NCBI GenBank assembly: GCA_013239625.1
Contig: MU055107.1
Coordinates: forward strand, 2,380,939-2,444,938
Origin: Lama guanicoe
Lineage: Eukaryota
DNA length: 64,000 nt
Reading direction: 5' to 3'
The translations under genes and the position numbers were made by a program. This document shows, one piece after another, positions 63,501 through 64,000 of this stretch. The notes beneath the pieces were generated by a model. It saw nothing but the letters and a program-made list of their open reading frames with translations, had not been told where the DNA came from and did not search any database. Numbering within the stretch: position 1 is the stretch's first letter; every line of letters begins with the position of its first letter.

Positions 63501-64000
63501 AAAATAATGTAATTGGCTCCTTTAGTTTTTAATCTGCCTTTGAAAAAAAAAATTGCCACTTCAGTGGTTGCATCTTTTAGAAATTAAACTTTCACCTTTA
63601 TAAACATTCTAAGTTTTCTATGCCCTAGTTTTACTTCCAAAAGAAGAAAGAATCTTTGATATGTTCTGAGATCACTTCTGAATGATGCTCTTGAAAATCT
63701 GTGTATTGGTAAACCTACATTATGTCTAGTATCTAAGGATCTAGAAATTGACAGGTAGTATTTATGCCAACATCTCTGTGCTCAACCTAATGTCTCTTTA
63801 GCCATCCTTGAGTGCTCTTGGCATAAAAGCAACAATAAAAACAACTATTTACCCTCCAAATGAAAAATTAAACTTAAGCATTGCAATCATCCACATTTTA
63901 TGTCCTTAATAACTTCTAATTTAGAGAAAATCATTGGTAAAGAAATCACTGGCTTGAGAACAAAAATGTCAAACACAGACACTGTCTTGTAATTTACTGA

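Noticed and set aside
1-64000. CRISPR array, operon, prophage, intact ERV, CpG-island promoter, rRNA or NUMT
   Set aside because: None seen: no regular repeat-spacer structure, no long ORFs, LTRs are solo, and CpG is depleted overall.

Overview
Mammalian genomic DNA, almost certainly camelid (alpaca/vicuna/camel): four short tRNA-derived vic-1-type SINEs and laurasiatherian-type L1 3' ends are present, and I saw no Alu, Bov-tA or PRE-1. The window reads as intergenic or large-intron sequence with many decayed interspersed repeats (L1, L2, CR1/L3, MIR, MaLR/ERVL LTRs, hAT-Charlie and Tigger derivatives), microsatellites and several repeat-poor islands that look like cis-regulatory DNA. I recognise no protein-coding gene, RNA gene or CpG island; the ORF-track entries I recognise are L1 ORF2 remnants, and the rest look like chance ORFs or are inflated by N runs. 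I found no evidence of a novel multi-gene system. The best sequence-supported oddities are: (i) a 151-bp orphan polyadenylated retro-insertion with a perfect 16-bp TSD; (ii) an L1 piece and a SINE inserted at the same site, triplicating a TGAGTCA (AP-1) motif; (iii) a near-perfect 228-bp tandem duplication; (iv) a short L1 3' transduction; (v) N runs that behave as length-preserving computational masks, some over unique, enhancer-like DNA; (vi) weak candidate minus-strand exons. Repeat family names come from remembered consensus sequences, not a database search; boundaries of old repeats are approximate.
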